Source: Escherichia coli 042
GTDB lineage: Bacteria; Pseudomonadota; Gammaproteobacteria; Enterobacterales; Enterobacteriaceae
Assembly: GCF_000027125.1 (NCBI RefSeq)
Contig: NC_017626.1
Reading direction: 5' to 3' (one strand)
Length of the DNA stretch: 64,000 bases
Shown here: piece after piece, positions 23,352 to 32,789 of the stretch
How the letters are laid out: the number at the start of each line of letters is the position of its first letter
How positions within the stretch are numbered: position 1 is the first letter of the stretch
Program-made: the position numbers and the translations under genes
The notes under the pieces: generated by a model
What the model was told of the DNA's origin: nothing
The model's input: the letters and a program-made list of their open reading frames with translations, nothing else
The model's database searches: none

Positions 23352-23446
23352 TAAAAAAATAGAGTCTGTCGACATCCGCCAGACTCTACAGTACACACAG
23401 CAGTGCATCCGCGTCTTAAATCCGGCATGGTCTCCTCTGCGCCGGT
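23352..23446 (-). ncRNA. mcaS: Small regulatory RNA McaS (IsrA)
   Basis: Reverse complement reads ACCGGCGCAGAGGAGACCATGCCGGATTTAAGACGCGGATGCACTGCTGTGTGTACTGTAGAGTCTGGCGGATGTCGACAGACTCTATTTTTTT, matching remembered McaS, in abgR-smrA intergenic region with intrinsic terminator. Confidence 0.7.
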
Positions 23447-23673
23447 GACTGTGTTATAACGGTTTTAACCTTTAGTTGCCAATTTTCTTCAGTGACAGAT
23501 TTCACGAAAATATAAGTTACATTATTAATATCGTGAATGAATAATCATGCATAAGCATTTTGCTTAAAATATCGGCAATATTTGGAACTTATTACTGGAA
23601 ATTTGGGTAATACGTTGTTGGACCGACCCGGTCTGGTTATCATATCGCGCTCTTAATTGCGGGAGGATGTAAC

Positions 23674-24237
23674 ATGAACCTTGACGACAAATCGCTGTTT
23701 CTTGACGCCATGGAAGATGTCCAGCCGCTGAAACGTGCTACAGATGTCCACTGGCATCCAACGCGTAACCAACGTGCGCCGCAGCGTATCGACACGCTGC
23801 AACTTGATAATTTCCTCACCACTGGATTTCTCGACATCATCCCGCTAAGTCAGCCGCTGGAGTTTCGGCGGGAAGGGTTGCAACATGGGGTGCTGGATAA
23901 GCTGCGCAGTGGTAAATATCCGCAACAGGCGAGCCTGAATCTTTTGCGCCAGCCGGTGGAAGAGTGCCGCAAAATGATGTTCAGTTTCATTCAACAAGCC
24001 ATGGCGGATGGTTTGCGTAATGTGCTGATTATTCATGGTAAAGGGCGGGAAGATAAATCGCATGCCAATATTGTCCGCAGCTATGTGGCGCGCTGGCTGA
24101 CCGAATTTGATGATGTTCAGGCATATTGCACCGCGCTACCGCATCATGGCGGCAGCGGGGCGTGTTACGTCGCACTACGTAAAACGGCGCAGGCGAAGCA
24201 AGAAAACTGGGAGCGCCACGCTAAGCGCAGTCGTTGA
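23674..24237 (+). CDS. smrA: Smr-domain DNA endonuclease SmrA
   Basis: 187 aa, C-terminal Smr domain (LIIHGKG). Confidence 0.85.
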   Translation: MNLDDKSLFLDAMEDVQPLKRATDVHWHPTRNQRAPQRIDTLQLDNFLTTGFLDIIPLSQPLEFRREGLQHGVLDKLRSGKYPQQASLNLLRQPVEECRKMMFSFIQQAMADGLRNVLIIHGKGREDKSHANIVRSYVARWLTEFDDVQAYCTALPHHGGSGACYVALRKTAQAKQENWERHAKRSR

Positions 24238-24257
24238 TCTCGAGACGCATCCGCGGC

Positions 24258-25490
24258 TTATGCCGCCAGCACGCGGTTGCGTCCATCATTTTTCGCCCGA
24301 TACAAAGCATCATCAACGCGTTTAAACAGTTCATCGATGCTTTCATTTCCTTCGTGATGCGCCACACCAATGCTGACGGTAAAGCGTGGTAAGCCCGAAA
24401 TACTCACTTTTGCCACGCTTACGCGGATAGTTTCAGCCAGCGAAAGCGCGGTATCCAGTGGGGTTCTTGGTAGCAATAAGACAAACTCTTCGCCTCCCCA
24501 ACGAAACACCAAATCGCCTTTGCGAGCGCAACTTTCGAGGGGGCGGGCGAGGGCGCATAACACCTCATCACCTTTAGAATGCCCATAGAGATCGTTAATG
24601 TGTTTAAAACGATCGGTGTCGATGAGCAATAAGCTGTAATCCTGAGCGATGGCGAGGTGCTGCATTTGGCCTGGCTCGGTAATGTGGTAAAACTGTCGCC
24701 GATTCAGTAATCCGGTCATCGCGTCATGGTGGGCAGCATGTTCCAGCTGCTCCTCCAGCCGTTTTTGCTCAGTAATATCATGCACAATACATAACATGAG
24801 CTTGTCGCCATAAATTTCAATCGGCCCGGCATAGGTCTGCACATGACGAGTCGAACCATCCGCCAGTTTATGAACAAAATTCAAAGGCTTATGGCCACCG
24901 GGTAAATGCGAAATTTCATGCATGATAGGCATGACGCGTCGCCCGAGCATATTTATTTCCCAGGTATGTTTCTGGCACATCGTTTCATGGTTATAACCAT
25001 AGAAATTGAGCGCGGCGAGGTTAGCATCGACGATTTGTCCATCTCGTGACGGGTCAATCAACAACATTGGTGCAGAGTTAGTCAGAAAAAAGCGCGCATA
25101 AAAACCTTGTTTTTTGCGCTGATAATTTGCCGAGCGACTGGCTTTTAAACCCAGCGTTGCCGGTGCTTCGATACCTTCGAAAATAATCACCGGTTCTGCT
25201 TCTGTCAGCTTTCGCAAAACAAGCCGACAGCTCAATGCTGTTTCCTCTTCATTGCGCTGAACGGTGAGGATTTCGATAATATCGTGTTGGTTTTGCAGAT
25301 CGGAGAGGTATTTTGGCAGTTCTTTTTGTGAGGAGACGGAATAGGGACCGGTTCGTAGCTGACTAAACGTGAGGTCTTGCATCAACAGTCGCGCCGCGCT
25401 ATTGGCATAAATTAACTGTTCCTCAAAGGGCGAAACGATCCAGACAGGACTGGTGAGTAAGTCCAGGGTATTGAAGTTGTGCGTAATCAT
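24258..25490 (-). CDS. dgcM: Diguanylate cyclase DgcM (PAS-PAS-GGDEF)
   Basis: 410 aa from MITHNFNTLDLL...; GGEEF motif present (RWGGEEFVLLL). Confidence 0.85.
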   Translation of the reverse strand: MITHNFNTLDLLTSPVWIVSPFEEQLIYANSAARLLMQDLTFSQLRTGPYSVSSQKELPKYLSDLQNQHDIIEILTVQRNEEETALSCRLVLRKLTEAEPVIIFEGIEAPATLGLKASRSANYQRKKQGFYARFFLTNSAPMLLIDPSRDGQIVDANLAALNFYGYNHETMCQKHTWEINMLGRRVMPIMHEISHLPGGHKPLNFVHKLADGSTRHVQTYAGPIEIYGDKLMLCIVHDITEQKRLEEQLEHAAHHDAMTGLLNRRQFYHITEPGQMQHLAIAQDYSLLLIDTDRFKHINDLYGHSKGDEVLCALARPLESCARKGDLVFRWGGEEFVLLLPRTPLDTALSLAETIRVSVAKVSISGLPRFTVSIGVAHHEGNESIDELFKRVDDALYRAKNDGRNRVLAA

Positions 25491-25723
25491 TGAGATCCCG
25501 TTATTTTTATCAATTTTTGTTGCTATCCGATCGCAAAAAAGCCACGTCATATGATCAGATAATTCTGATAATGATAGACGCTATTTAACACTTCACACGG
25601 TTTGTATACGGAAAAGCATTTTGCTTTTTGTATTCAATTTAGACAGAATTTTATTAATCATTTCAGGGTAATGGGGTGATGAGATGTTGCGTAACAGGGC
25701 CAGAAGGCTAGACTACAAAATAA

Positions 25724-26728
<1,005 letters not shown>

Positions 26729-26774
26729 CAAAAGCAATTTTCCCGGCTGTCTGTATACAAAAACGCCGCAAAGT

Positions 26775-26788
26775 TTGAGCGAAGTCAA
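26775..26788. promoter_or_regulatory. FNR binding site (TTGAGCGAAGTCAA) centred about -42 relative to fnrS
   Basis: Matches TTGAT-N4-ATCAA consensus at 10 of 14 positions. Confidence 0.6.
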
Positions 26789-26823
26789 TAAACTCTCTAC
26801 CCATTCAGGGCAATATCTCTCTT

Positions 26824-26945
26824 GCAGGTGAATGCAACGTCAAGCGATGGGCGTTGCGCTCCATATTGTCTTACTTCCTTTTTTGAATTACTGCATAGCA
26901 CAATTGATTCGTACGACGCCGACTTTGATGAGTCGGCTTTTTTTT
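26824..26945 (+). ncRNA. fnrS: FNR-activated small RNA FnrS
   Basis: Sequence GCAGGTGAATGCAACGTCAAGCGATGGGCG... ending in hairpin GCCGACTTTGATGAGTCGGC plus T-run; position between zntB and dbpA. Confidence 0.8.
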
Positions 26946-27002
26946 GCCTGTTATTTATCAGCGTCTACCCTTTAAGAGTCCACCCAATGACCGGAGGGAA
27001 AT

Positions 27003-27176
27003 ATGACGACACTTATTTATTTGCAAATTCCTGTCCCTGAACCGATTCCTGGCGATCCTGTTCCAGTGCCCGATCCGATCCCTCGCCCGCAACCCATGCC
27101 TGACCCACCACCCGACGAAGAACCGATTAAATTGTCGCATCGTGAGCGTAGATCTGCGAGGATACGCGCCTGCTAA
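27003..27176 (+). CDS. Small proline-rich protein, 57 aa (not in the 60-aa ORF track)
   Basis: ATG 27003 preceded by GGAGGG RBS; translation MTTLIYLQIPVPEPIPGDPVPVPDPIPRPQPMPDPPPDEEPIKLSHRERRSARIRAC. Confidence 0.4.
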   Translation: MTTLIYLQIPVPEPIPGDPVPVPDPIPRPQPMPDPPPDEEPIKLSHRERRSARIRAC

Positions 27177-27205
27177 CTTTGCGTCGATGACCACGAGAAT
27201 AGATT

Positions 27206-28579
27206 GTGACCGCTTTTTCTACCCTGAATGTTTTGCCTCCTGCCCAACTCACGAACCTTAATGAGTTGGGTTATTTAACCATGACGCCGGTGCAGGCCGC
27301 CGCGCTTCCGGCGATCCTTGCCGGAAAAGATGTTCGCGTGCAGGCGAAAACCGGCAGCGGCAAAACGGCGGCTTTTGGCCTCGGCTTGTTACAGCAAATT
27401 GATGCGTCGCTATTTCAAACCCAGGCTTTAGTGCTGTGTCCTACGCGTGAACTGGCGGATCAGGTGGCAGGTGAATTGCGTCGGCTGGCGCGTTTTCTAC
27501 CAAATACCAAAATTTTGACGTTGTGCGGTGGTCAACCGTTCGGTATGCAGCGTGATTCGTTGCAACATGCGCCGCATATTATCGTGGCAACGCCGGGCCG
27601 TTTGTTGGATCATCTGCAAAAAGGCACGGTATCACTGGATGCGTTGAATACGCTGGTGATGGATGAGGCCGACCGCATGCTGGATATGGGATTTAGCGAT
27701 GCCATTGATGATGTCATCCGTTTTGCGCCAGCATCTCGACAGACGCTTCTGTTTTCGGCAACCTGGCCGGAAGCCATCGCCGCAATCAGCGGACGAGTGC
27801 AACGCGATCCTTTAGCGATTGAAATTGACTCAACAGATGCTCTGCCACCTATTGAACAACAATTTTATGAGACATCCAGCAAAGGCAAAATTCCGTTGTT
27901 GCAACGGTTATTAAGTTTGCATCAGCCATCCTCTTGCGTGGTGTTTTGCAATACCAAAAAAGATTGCCAGGCTGTCTGCGACGCGCTGAATGAAGTAGGG
28001 CAAAGTGCATTGTCGTTACACGGCAATCTGGAGCAACGTGATCGCGATCAGACCCTGGTACGTTTTGCTAACGGTAGCGCCCGTGTACTGGTTGCGACTG
28101 ATGTTGCTGCGCGAGGTCTGGATATTAAATCGCTTGAGCTGGTGGTGAACTTTGAGCTGGCGTGGGATCCTGAAGTTCATGTACATCGCATCGGTCGTAC
28201 AGCGCGTGCAGGAAATAGCGGTCTGGCGATCAGTTTCTGTGCTCCGGAAGAAGCACAGCGGGCCAATATCATTTCTGACATGTTGCAGATAAAACTTAAC
28301 TGGCAAACGCCGCCAGTTAATAGTTCCATTGTGCCGCTGGAAGCCGAAATGGCAACGTTATGTATCGATGGCGGGAAAAAAGCCAAAATGCGCCCGGGTG
28401 ATGTATTAGGTGCGCTGACAGGAGATATCGGGCTTGATGGCGCAGATATTGGCAAAATCGCCGTGCATCCGGCGCATGTCTATGTCGCGGTGCGTCAGGC
28501 TGTTGCTCATAAAGCATGGAAACAGTTACAGGGCGGGAAGATTAAAGGAAAAACGTGCCGGGTGCGGTTATTAAAATAA
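27206..28579 (+). CDS. dbpA: ATP-dependent RNA helicase DbpA (DEAD-box, 23S rRNA specific)
   Basis: 457 aa, GTG start, motifs AKTGSGKT, DEAD, SAT, HRIGRTAR. Confidence 0.9.
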   Translation: MTAFSTLNVLPPAQLTNLNELGYLTMTPVQAAALPAILAGKDVRVQAKTGSGKTAAFGLGLLQQIDASLFQTQALVLCPTRELADQVAGELRRLARFLPNTKILTLCGGQPFGMQRDSLQHAPHIIVATPGRLLDHLQKGTVSLDALNTLVMDEADRMLDMGFSDAIDDVIRFAPASRQTLLFSATWPEAIAAISGRVQRDPLAIEIDSTDALPPIEQQFYETSSKGKIPLLQRLLSLHQPSSCVVFCNTKKDCQAVCDALNEVGQSALSLHGNLEQRDRDQTLVRFANGSARVLVATDVAARGLDIKSLELVVNFELAWDPEVHVHRIGRTARAGNSGLAISFCAPEEAQRANIISDMLQIKLNWQTPPVNSSIVPLEAEMATLCIDGGKKAKMRPGDVLGALTGDIGLDGADIGKIAVHPAHVYVAVRQAVAHKAWKQLQGGKIKGKTCRVRLLK

Positions 28580-28626
28580 TGAAATGTTGAATCGCAGGGT
28601 GCAAGAGTAAACATCTTCTTCGGGAT

Positions 28627-28662
28627 TGCCGGATGCGACGCTGGCCGCGTCTTCTCCGGCCT
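28627..28662. repeat. REP (repetitive extragenic palindromic) element between convergent dbpA and ttcA
   Basis: GCCGGATGCGACGCTGGCCGCGTCTTCTCCGGC resembles E. coli REP consensus. Confidence 0.5.
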
Positions 28663-28707
28663 CCATAAGAGTAGCCCGATAAGCTTGCGCATCGGGCGCT
28701 ATCCGGG

Positions 28708-29643
28708 TTATTTCACTTCAACCACATTCAGTCGTAACTCATCCAACTGATTTTCATCTTCTTCAGGCTGCCAACCCGCCGGTTGTAGAGGGATCTCTTC
28801 GCGATCAAACGCCAGATCACCCCCGTTAACCACTTCAGAACCGTGGGTAATGCCTTTGAAATCGAACAGGTTGGTATCGCACAGATGCGACGGCACCACA
28901 TTCTGCATCGCGCTGAACATCGTCTCGATACGCCCCGGATAACGTTTATCCCAGTCACGCAACATGTCAGCAATCACCTGACGTTGCAGGTTAGGCTGTG
29001 AACCGCACAGGTTGCACGGAATAATCGGGAACGCTTTTGCATCGGCAAAGCGCTGAATATCTTTCTCGCGGCAGTAGGCCAGCGGGCGAATCACGATATG
29101 TTTGCCATCATCGCTCATCAGTTTCGGAGGCATACCTTTCATCTTGCCGCCGTAGAACATATTTAAGAACAACGTTTGCAGGATATCGTCACGATGGTGA
29201 CCCAGCGCGATCTTCGTCGCTCCCAGTTCCGTTGCGGTACGATAAAGGATACCGCGACGAAGACGAGAACACAGTGAGCAAGTGGTTTTGCCCTCCGGAA
29301 TCTTCTCTTTCACGATACCGTAAGTGTTCTCTTCCACAATCTTGTACTCAACGCCCAGCTTTTCAAGATACTCGGGCAGAACGTGTTCCGGGAAGCCCGG
29401 TTGTTTTTGATCGAGGTTGACAGCCACCAGCGAAAAATTGATTGGCGCGCTTTGCTGCAAATTGCGCAGAATTTCCAGCATGGTATAGCTGTCTTTACCC
29501 CCGGAGAGGCAAACCATGATGCGATCGCCTTCTTCAATCATATTGAAGTCAGCAATGGCTTCGCCCACGTTACGACGCAGACGTTTTTGTAATTTGTTCA
29601 GGTTGTATATCTCTTTCTTCGTATTCTTTTGATTTTCTTGCAT
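28708..29643 (-). CDS. ttcA: tRNA-cytidine(32) 2-sulfurtransferase TtcA
   Basis: 311 aa, PP-loop SGGKDS and CxxC motifs. Confidence 0.9.
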   Translation of the reverse strand: MQENQKNTKKEIYNLNKLQKRLRRNVGEAIADFNMIEEGDRIMVCLSGGKDSYTMLEILRNLQQSAPINFSLVAVNLDQKQPGFPEHVLPEYLEKLGVEYKIVEENTYGIVKEKIPEGKTTCSLCSRLRRGILYRTATELGATKIALGHHRDDILQTLFLNMFYGGKMKGMPPKLMSDDGKHIVIRPLAYCREKDIQRFADAKAFPIIPCNLCGSQPNLQRQVIADMLRDWDKRYPGRIETMFSAMQNVVPSHLCDTNLFDFKGITHGSEVVNGGDLAFDREEIPLQPAGWQPEEDENQLDELRLNVVEVK

Positions 29644-29694
29644 TATTTCAGTTCTCTGGTACTAAATGGGGCAAATTGGGGGCAAACTTTGCAA

Positions 29695-30930
29695 CTACGA
29701 TAACCGCGCATTCAACATAGCTACCTGTTCGTCGTTCATGTCATCAATCCACATACCGTAAATTTCATACACCATCTGCGCAGTTTCATGCCCCATCTGG
29801 CTGGCTATAAATGCCGGGTTCGCTCCTGCCGTCAACAGCCAGCAGGCAAAAGTATGTCGCGTATGGTACGGATTACGGCGGCGAATACCAGCACGTTTTA
29901 CTGCTGCATTCCATCTCGCACCCAAACTGCTTACCGAGTAATAAGGTTTCTGTTTTCCGTTACACATCCTGGGCATGAAAACAAAATGCAGTTTGTGCTT
30001 TTCGGTTCTGCCGTACTCCCGATGATAAAAAGTGATTTCGCTTTTGCGATGATGCCCGGTCAGTTTGTATTGCTCCTTCAGTGCTTCAAGAGCTGGCTGT
30101 AGTAGTGTTACCGTCCGGATCCCCGCATTTGTTTTTGGGGGACCGAACATATCAAGTATCGTCAGGTTTCTTCTGACATTCACAATTCCCTTCTCGAAAT
30201 CCACATCCTCCCACGCCAGAGCTGCCAGTTCCCCGTGACGAAGCCCGGAGTAAACGGCAAATTTCCACAAGTTCTGGCTCTGTCCTTTTTCACTTTCCAT
30301 TAATGCATTGAATTCTGTTTTAGATAACGGATCAGGCTTTATTCTGTTTCGCTGTAATTTTTTTACTCCTTCAAATGGTTTGGTTGATATAAATCCCGAC
30401 TGATACGCAAAACGTAACAACGAACAGAGCAGGGCGATATAGTTATCAACTGTGCGCACGGTTCTTCCTTTTTTGTTGGATCTTGGATTATCTAGGTAAA
30501 GTGTTTCTCCATGCAGCAGTTCATTCCGGTAGTTTAAGATATCGCTATAACGAATATGTGATATTGGGGTACTCTCACAAATTATTATCCTGAGTGTTTT
30601 TAATTGTGATTTCGTTTTCTTCATTGTGTTTGTTGTTAACTCTGTCTCTTTAATTTTTGTCCAGATATCACAAAGCTCCCCGAACGTTTTTATGACCCTC
30701 GTTGTCACCATTTTTGCCCCAGTGCTGGACTGGGGAAAACGTCTTAAATACTCAAATTCACCGGAGTTGATTTCATGAACTATCAACGCTCTTAAATTCC
30801 CGGCCTTTTTAATGTTACTGTTAGTAACCTCCCAGCCTTTCAATGTTTCCCGACATCGTTTTCCTCGAAACATGAACCAGATGCGAATGTATTTACCTCG
30901 AATCTCGACACCTGTTGGTAATTTAGACAT
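29695..30930 (-). CDS. intR: Rac-type prophage integrase (tyrosine recombinase)
   Basis: 411 aa; C-terminal R..HxxR..Y catalytic residues (HTRHTFACWL...Y); adjacent to ttcA 5' end. Confidence 0.85.
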   Translation of the reverse strand: MSKLPTGVEIRGKYIRIWFMFRGKRCRETLKGWEVTNSNIKKAGNLRALIVHEINSGEFEYLRRFPQSSTGAKMVTTRVIKTFGELCDIWTKIKETELTTNTMKKTKSQLKTLRIIICESTPISHIRYSDILNYRNELLHGETLYLDNPRSNKKGRTVRTVDNYIALLCSLLRFAYQSGFISTKPFEGVKKLQRNRIKPDPLSKTEFNALMESEKGQSQNLWKFAVYSGLRHGELAALAWEDVDFEKGIVNVRRNLTILDMFGPPKTNAGIRTVTLLQPALEALKEQYKLTGHHRKSEITFYHREYGRTEKHKLHFVFMPRMCNGKQKPYYSVSSLGARWNAAVKRAGIRRRNPYHTRHTFACWLLTAGANPAFIASQMGHETAQMVYEIYGMWIDDMNDEQVAMLNARLS

Positions 30931-30931
30931 A

Positions 30932-31147
30932 TCATGAGTCTTTGATAAACTGATTTATCTTTGGATAGTTGTACCAGATAATCCCTCGCTTACTGTCTGG
31001 TTTCCCTAAAGGAGATACTCGTTTGAAGTGGAAGCCTTCCTCCCAACAGTTCTGACGGTATGCTTCAATTTGTCTGGCCCCCAGACCAGTGCGAAGCATC
31101 AGGCCGTATTCAACCATCCACTCTTCATTAAAGATTACTTGTGCCAT
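30932..31147 (-). CDS. xisR: Prophage excisionase-like protein
   Basis: 71 aa from [10 protein letters not shown]...; immediately upstream of int. Confidence 0.75.
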   Translation of the reverse strand: MAQVIFNEEWMVEYGLMLRTGLGARQIEAYRQNCWEEGFHFKRVSPLGKPDSKRGIIWYNYPKINQFIKDS

Positions 31148-31246
31148 CGCATCACCTCTGGCAGGCGCCAATGTTAGACTGAAATTGACGCCCGATGTTG
31201 ATTATTAATAATCAGCTATGAAGTTTTAATTTGAATACAATGCAAT

Positions 31247-31435
31247 TCACGACGACTGAAGTTTCTCGCAATTAAAATTTATCAGTTTTACTTTCTGCTC
31301 TCTGGAAACGCCTGCTTCTTTTTTACCTGAGAGCATTTTTTCGCATTCTGATTTGGTTAATTTTGTTTTTGAGTACCTTGTCCAGTTAGTAGGAGTGCCA
31401 CCTTCCTTTTCAATAGTGGCGGTAATTTTATACAT
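31247..31435 (-). CDS. ydaC: Rac prophage small protein YdaC-like
   Basis: Start chosen at MYKITATIEK... preceded by GGAGG RBS; start uncertain (in-frame upstream Mets). Confidence 0.55.
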   Translation of the reverse strand: MYKITATIEKEGGTPTNWTRYSKTKLTKSECEKMLSGKKEAGVSREQKVKLINFNCEKLQSS

Positions 31436-31622
31436 GAACACCTCCATTATTATTTCCAGTGGTTCGTTTATTCCATCGTTCGAGTGCTTCTTTTTCACTT
31501 CCACCATAGCCGGTTCGGGATTCGCATCCGTTACACTTCGCGCGGTAATATCCTGAAATGGCTTTCACCGTTACTGATGGACAACCACAAAAAGGGCATG
31601 GTTTGACTTTTTCATACCGCAT
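31428..31622 (-). CDS. lar: Restriction alleviation protein Lar (RalR)
   Basis: 64 aa MRYEKVKPCPFCGCPSVTVKAISGYYRAKCNGCESRTGY..., Cys4 zinc-ribbon-like. Confidence 0.7.
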   Translation of the reverse strand: MRYEKVKPCPFCGCPSVTVKAISGYYRAKCNGCESRTGYGGSEKEALERWNKRTTGNNNGGVHV

Positions 31623-31685
31623 TGTCTTTTCTCTCATAAAATAAAATTTTGTGATGGCGGTGAGGCTACACCGCCAAAGTCAATA

Positions 31686-32789
31686 TCAGGAGCCGATATA
31701 TTCTGGTTTCATATCTGTCAGTGTCGTTTTATACGCCTCATATAATTCACCCAGATGTGGCCGGGCAGCATTCAGCGTATTTTCCAGAGCAGTAAATTTT
31801 TGTTCTGCTTCTGGATCACCTGATGAAGGAAGGTCATTTATCATCTTCTCGATACTGGCAATAGCATTGAGACGGTGATGACGCCGAACCACTTTTCCTT
31901 TAAGCTCGGCAAAGAATTCGCCGATCTGGTTTTTCTGATCCTCTATCTCTTGGCGTAATGCAGTGGTTTCCTCAGTCGTGGCCGCGCTTTCGACACGCTG
32001 CCGGAATTCATCAATCCACGCTTCGTCAATACGCTGTTCGATGGTTTCTGTTCGCTGCTCGCTTACCTCGCTATAATTCTGTACCGGCACAGGATTGATG
32101 ATTTTTTCCTGTGGCTCTTCCAGTTCGTCCGGAGTATACACGCCCAGGATGACGTCAGGACAATAAAGGCGAGCCCAGTATTTCAACGCCAGATAGGCGA
32201 GCTGTTGTTTCGGGTTTGAGGTCCATAAAGGAGAATTACGCGTAATCACGCTGGAAAGAAACACCGGTTCTCCCCAGGTAATCTCACTTTCACCGCGAAG
32301 AACTGCACCAACTCGAACTGATAGACCATACTCATCTTCACTGGTCCAACATGGGATCGTTTCTTTTTTCTCATAGATTCCGCCTCCTTTGGCCGTTTTC
32401 TTAACGGTCTCCACTCGGGTGCGAGAGCATTTCTCCCAGTCTCCCTCGTACTTGTAATGGAAGCGGCCTACAATTGCACTTGAGCTAGAGATCACAGCGT
32501 TAACCAGTTGTGCTTCATAACCCAGAACTCCGTTTACCAGGTGTGTTTTCTGAGCCACAGCGTAGGGGTTCATGCCCCATTGCATGGCTTGCATGATGAT
32601 TGCCATGCAGTCGGCAGGATTTCCGCGAAGGTGATCGGGAACTGTGACGGTGGCCTGTGACATCAACCTGGCTACTGCCTGAAGTTGCGTCAACGCCTGA
32701 ACGTTAAAAATAGTGTTACTGGCAGAAATGGTATTTGGTGTCTGCTCTGTCGTGATGATATTGGTATTTTGCATGGTCAGGTTCTCCAT
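31686..32789 (-). CDS. Phage single-strand annealing recombinase in the recT position, divergent from K-12 RecT
   Basis: 367 aa; sits directly downstream of recE-like gene with ATGA overlap; sequence not matching remembered K-12 RecT. Confidence 0.55.
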   Translation of the reverse strand: MENLTMQNTNIITTEQTPNTISASNTIFNVQALTQLQAVARLMSQATVTVPDHLRGNPADCMAIIMQAMQWGMNPYAVAQKTHLVNGVLGYEAQLVNAVISSSSAIVGRFHYKYEGDWEKCSRTRVETVKKTAKGGGIYEKKETIPCWTSEDEYGLSVRVGAVLRGESEITWGEPVFLSSVITRNSPLWTSNPKQQLAYLALKYWARLYCPDVILGVYTPDELEEPQEKIINPVPVQNYSEVSEQRTETIEQRIDEAWIDEFRQRVESAATTEETTALRQEIEDQKNQIGEFFAELKGKVVRRHHRLNAIASIEKMINDLPSSGDPEAEQKFTALENTLNAARPHLGELYEAYKTTLTDMKPEYIGS

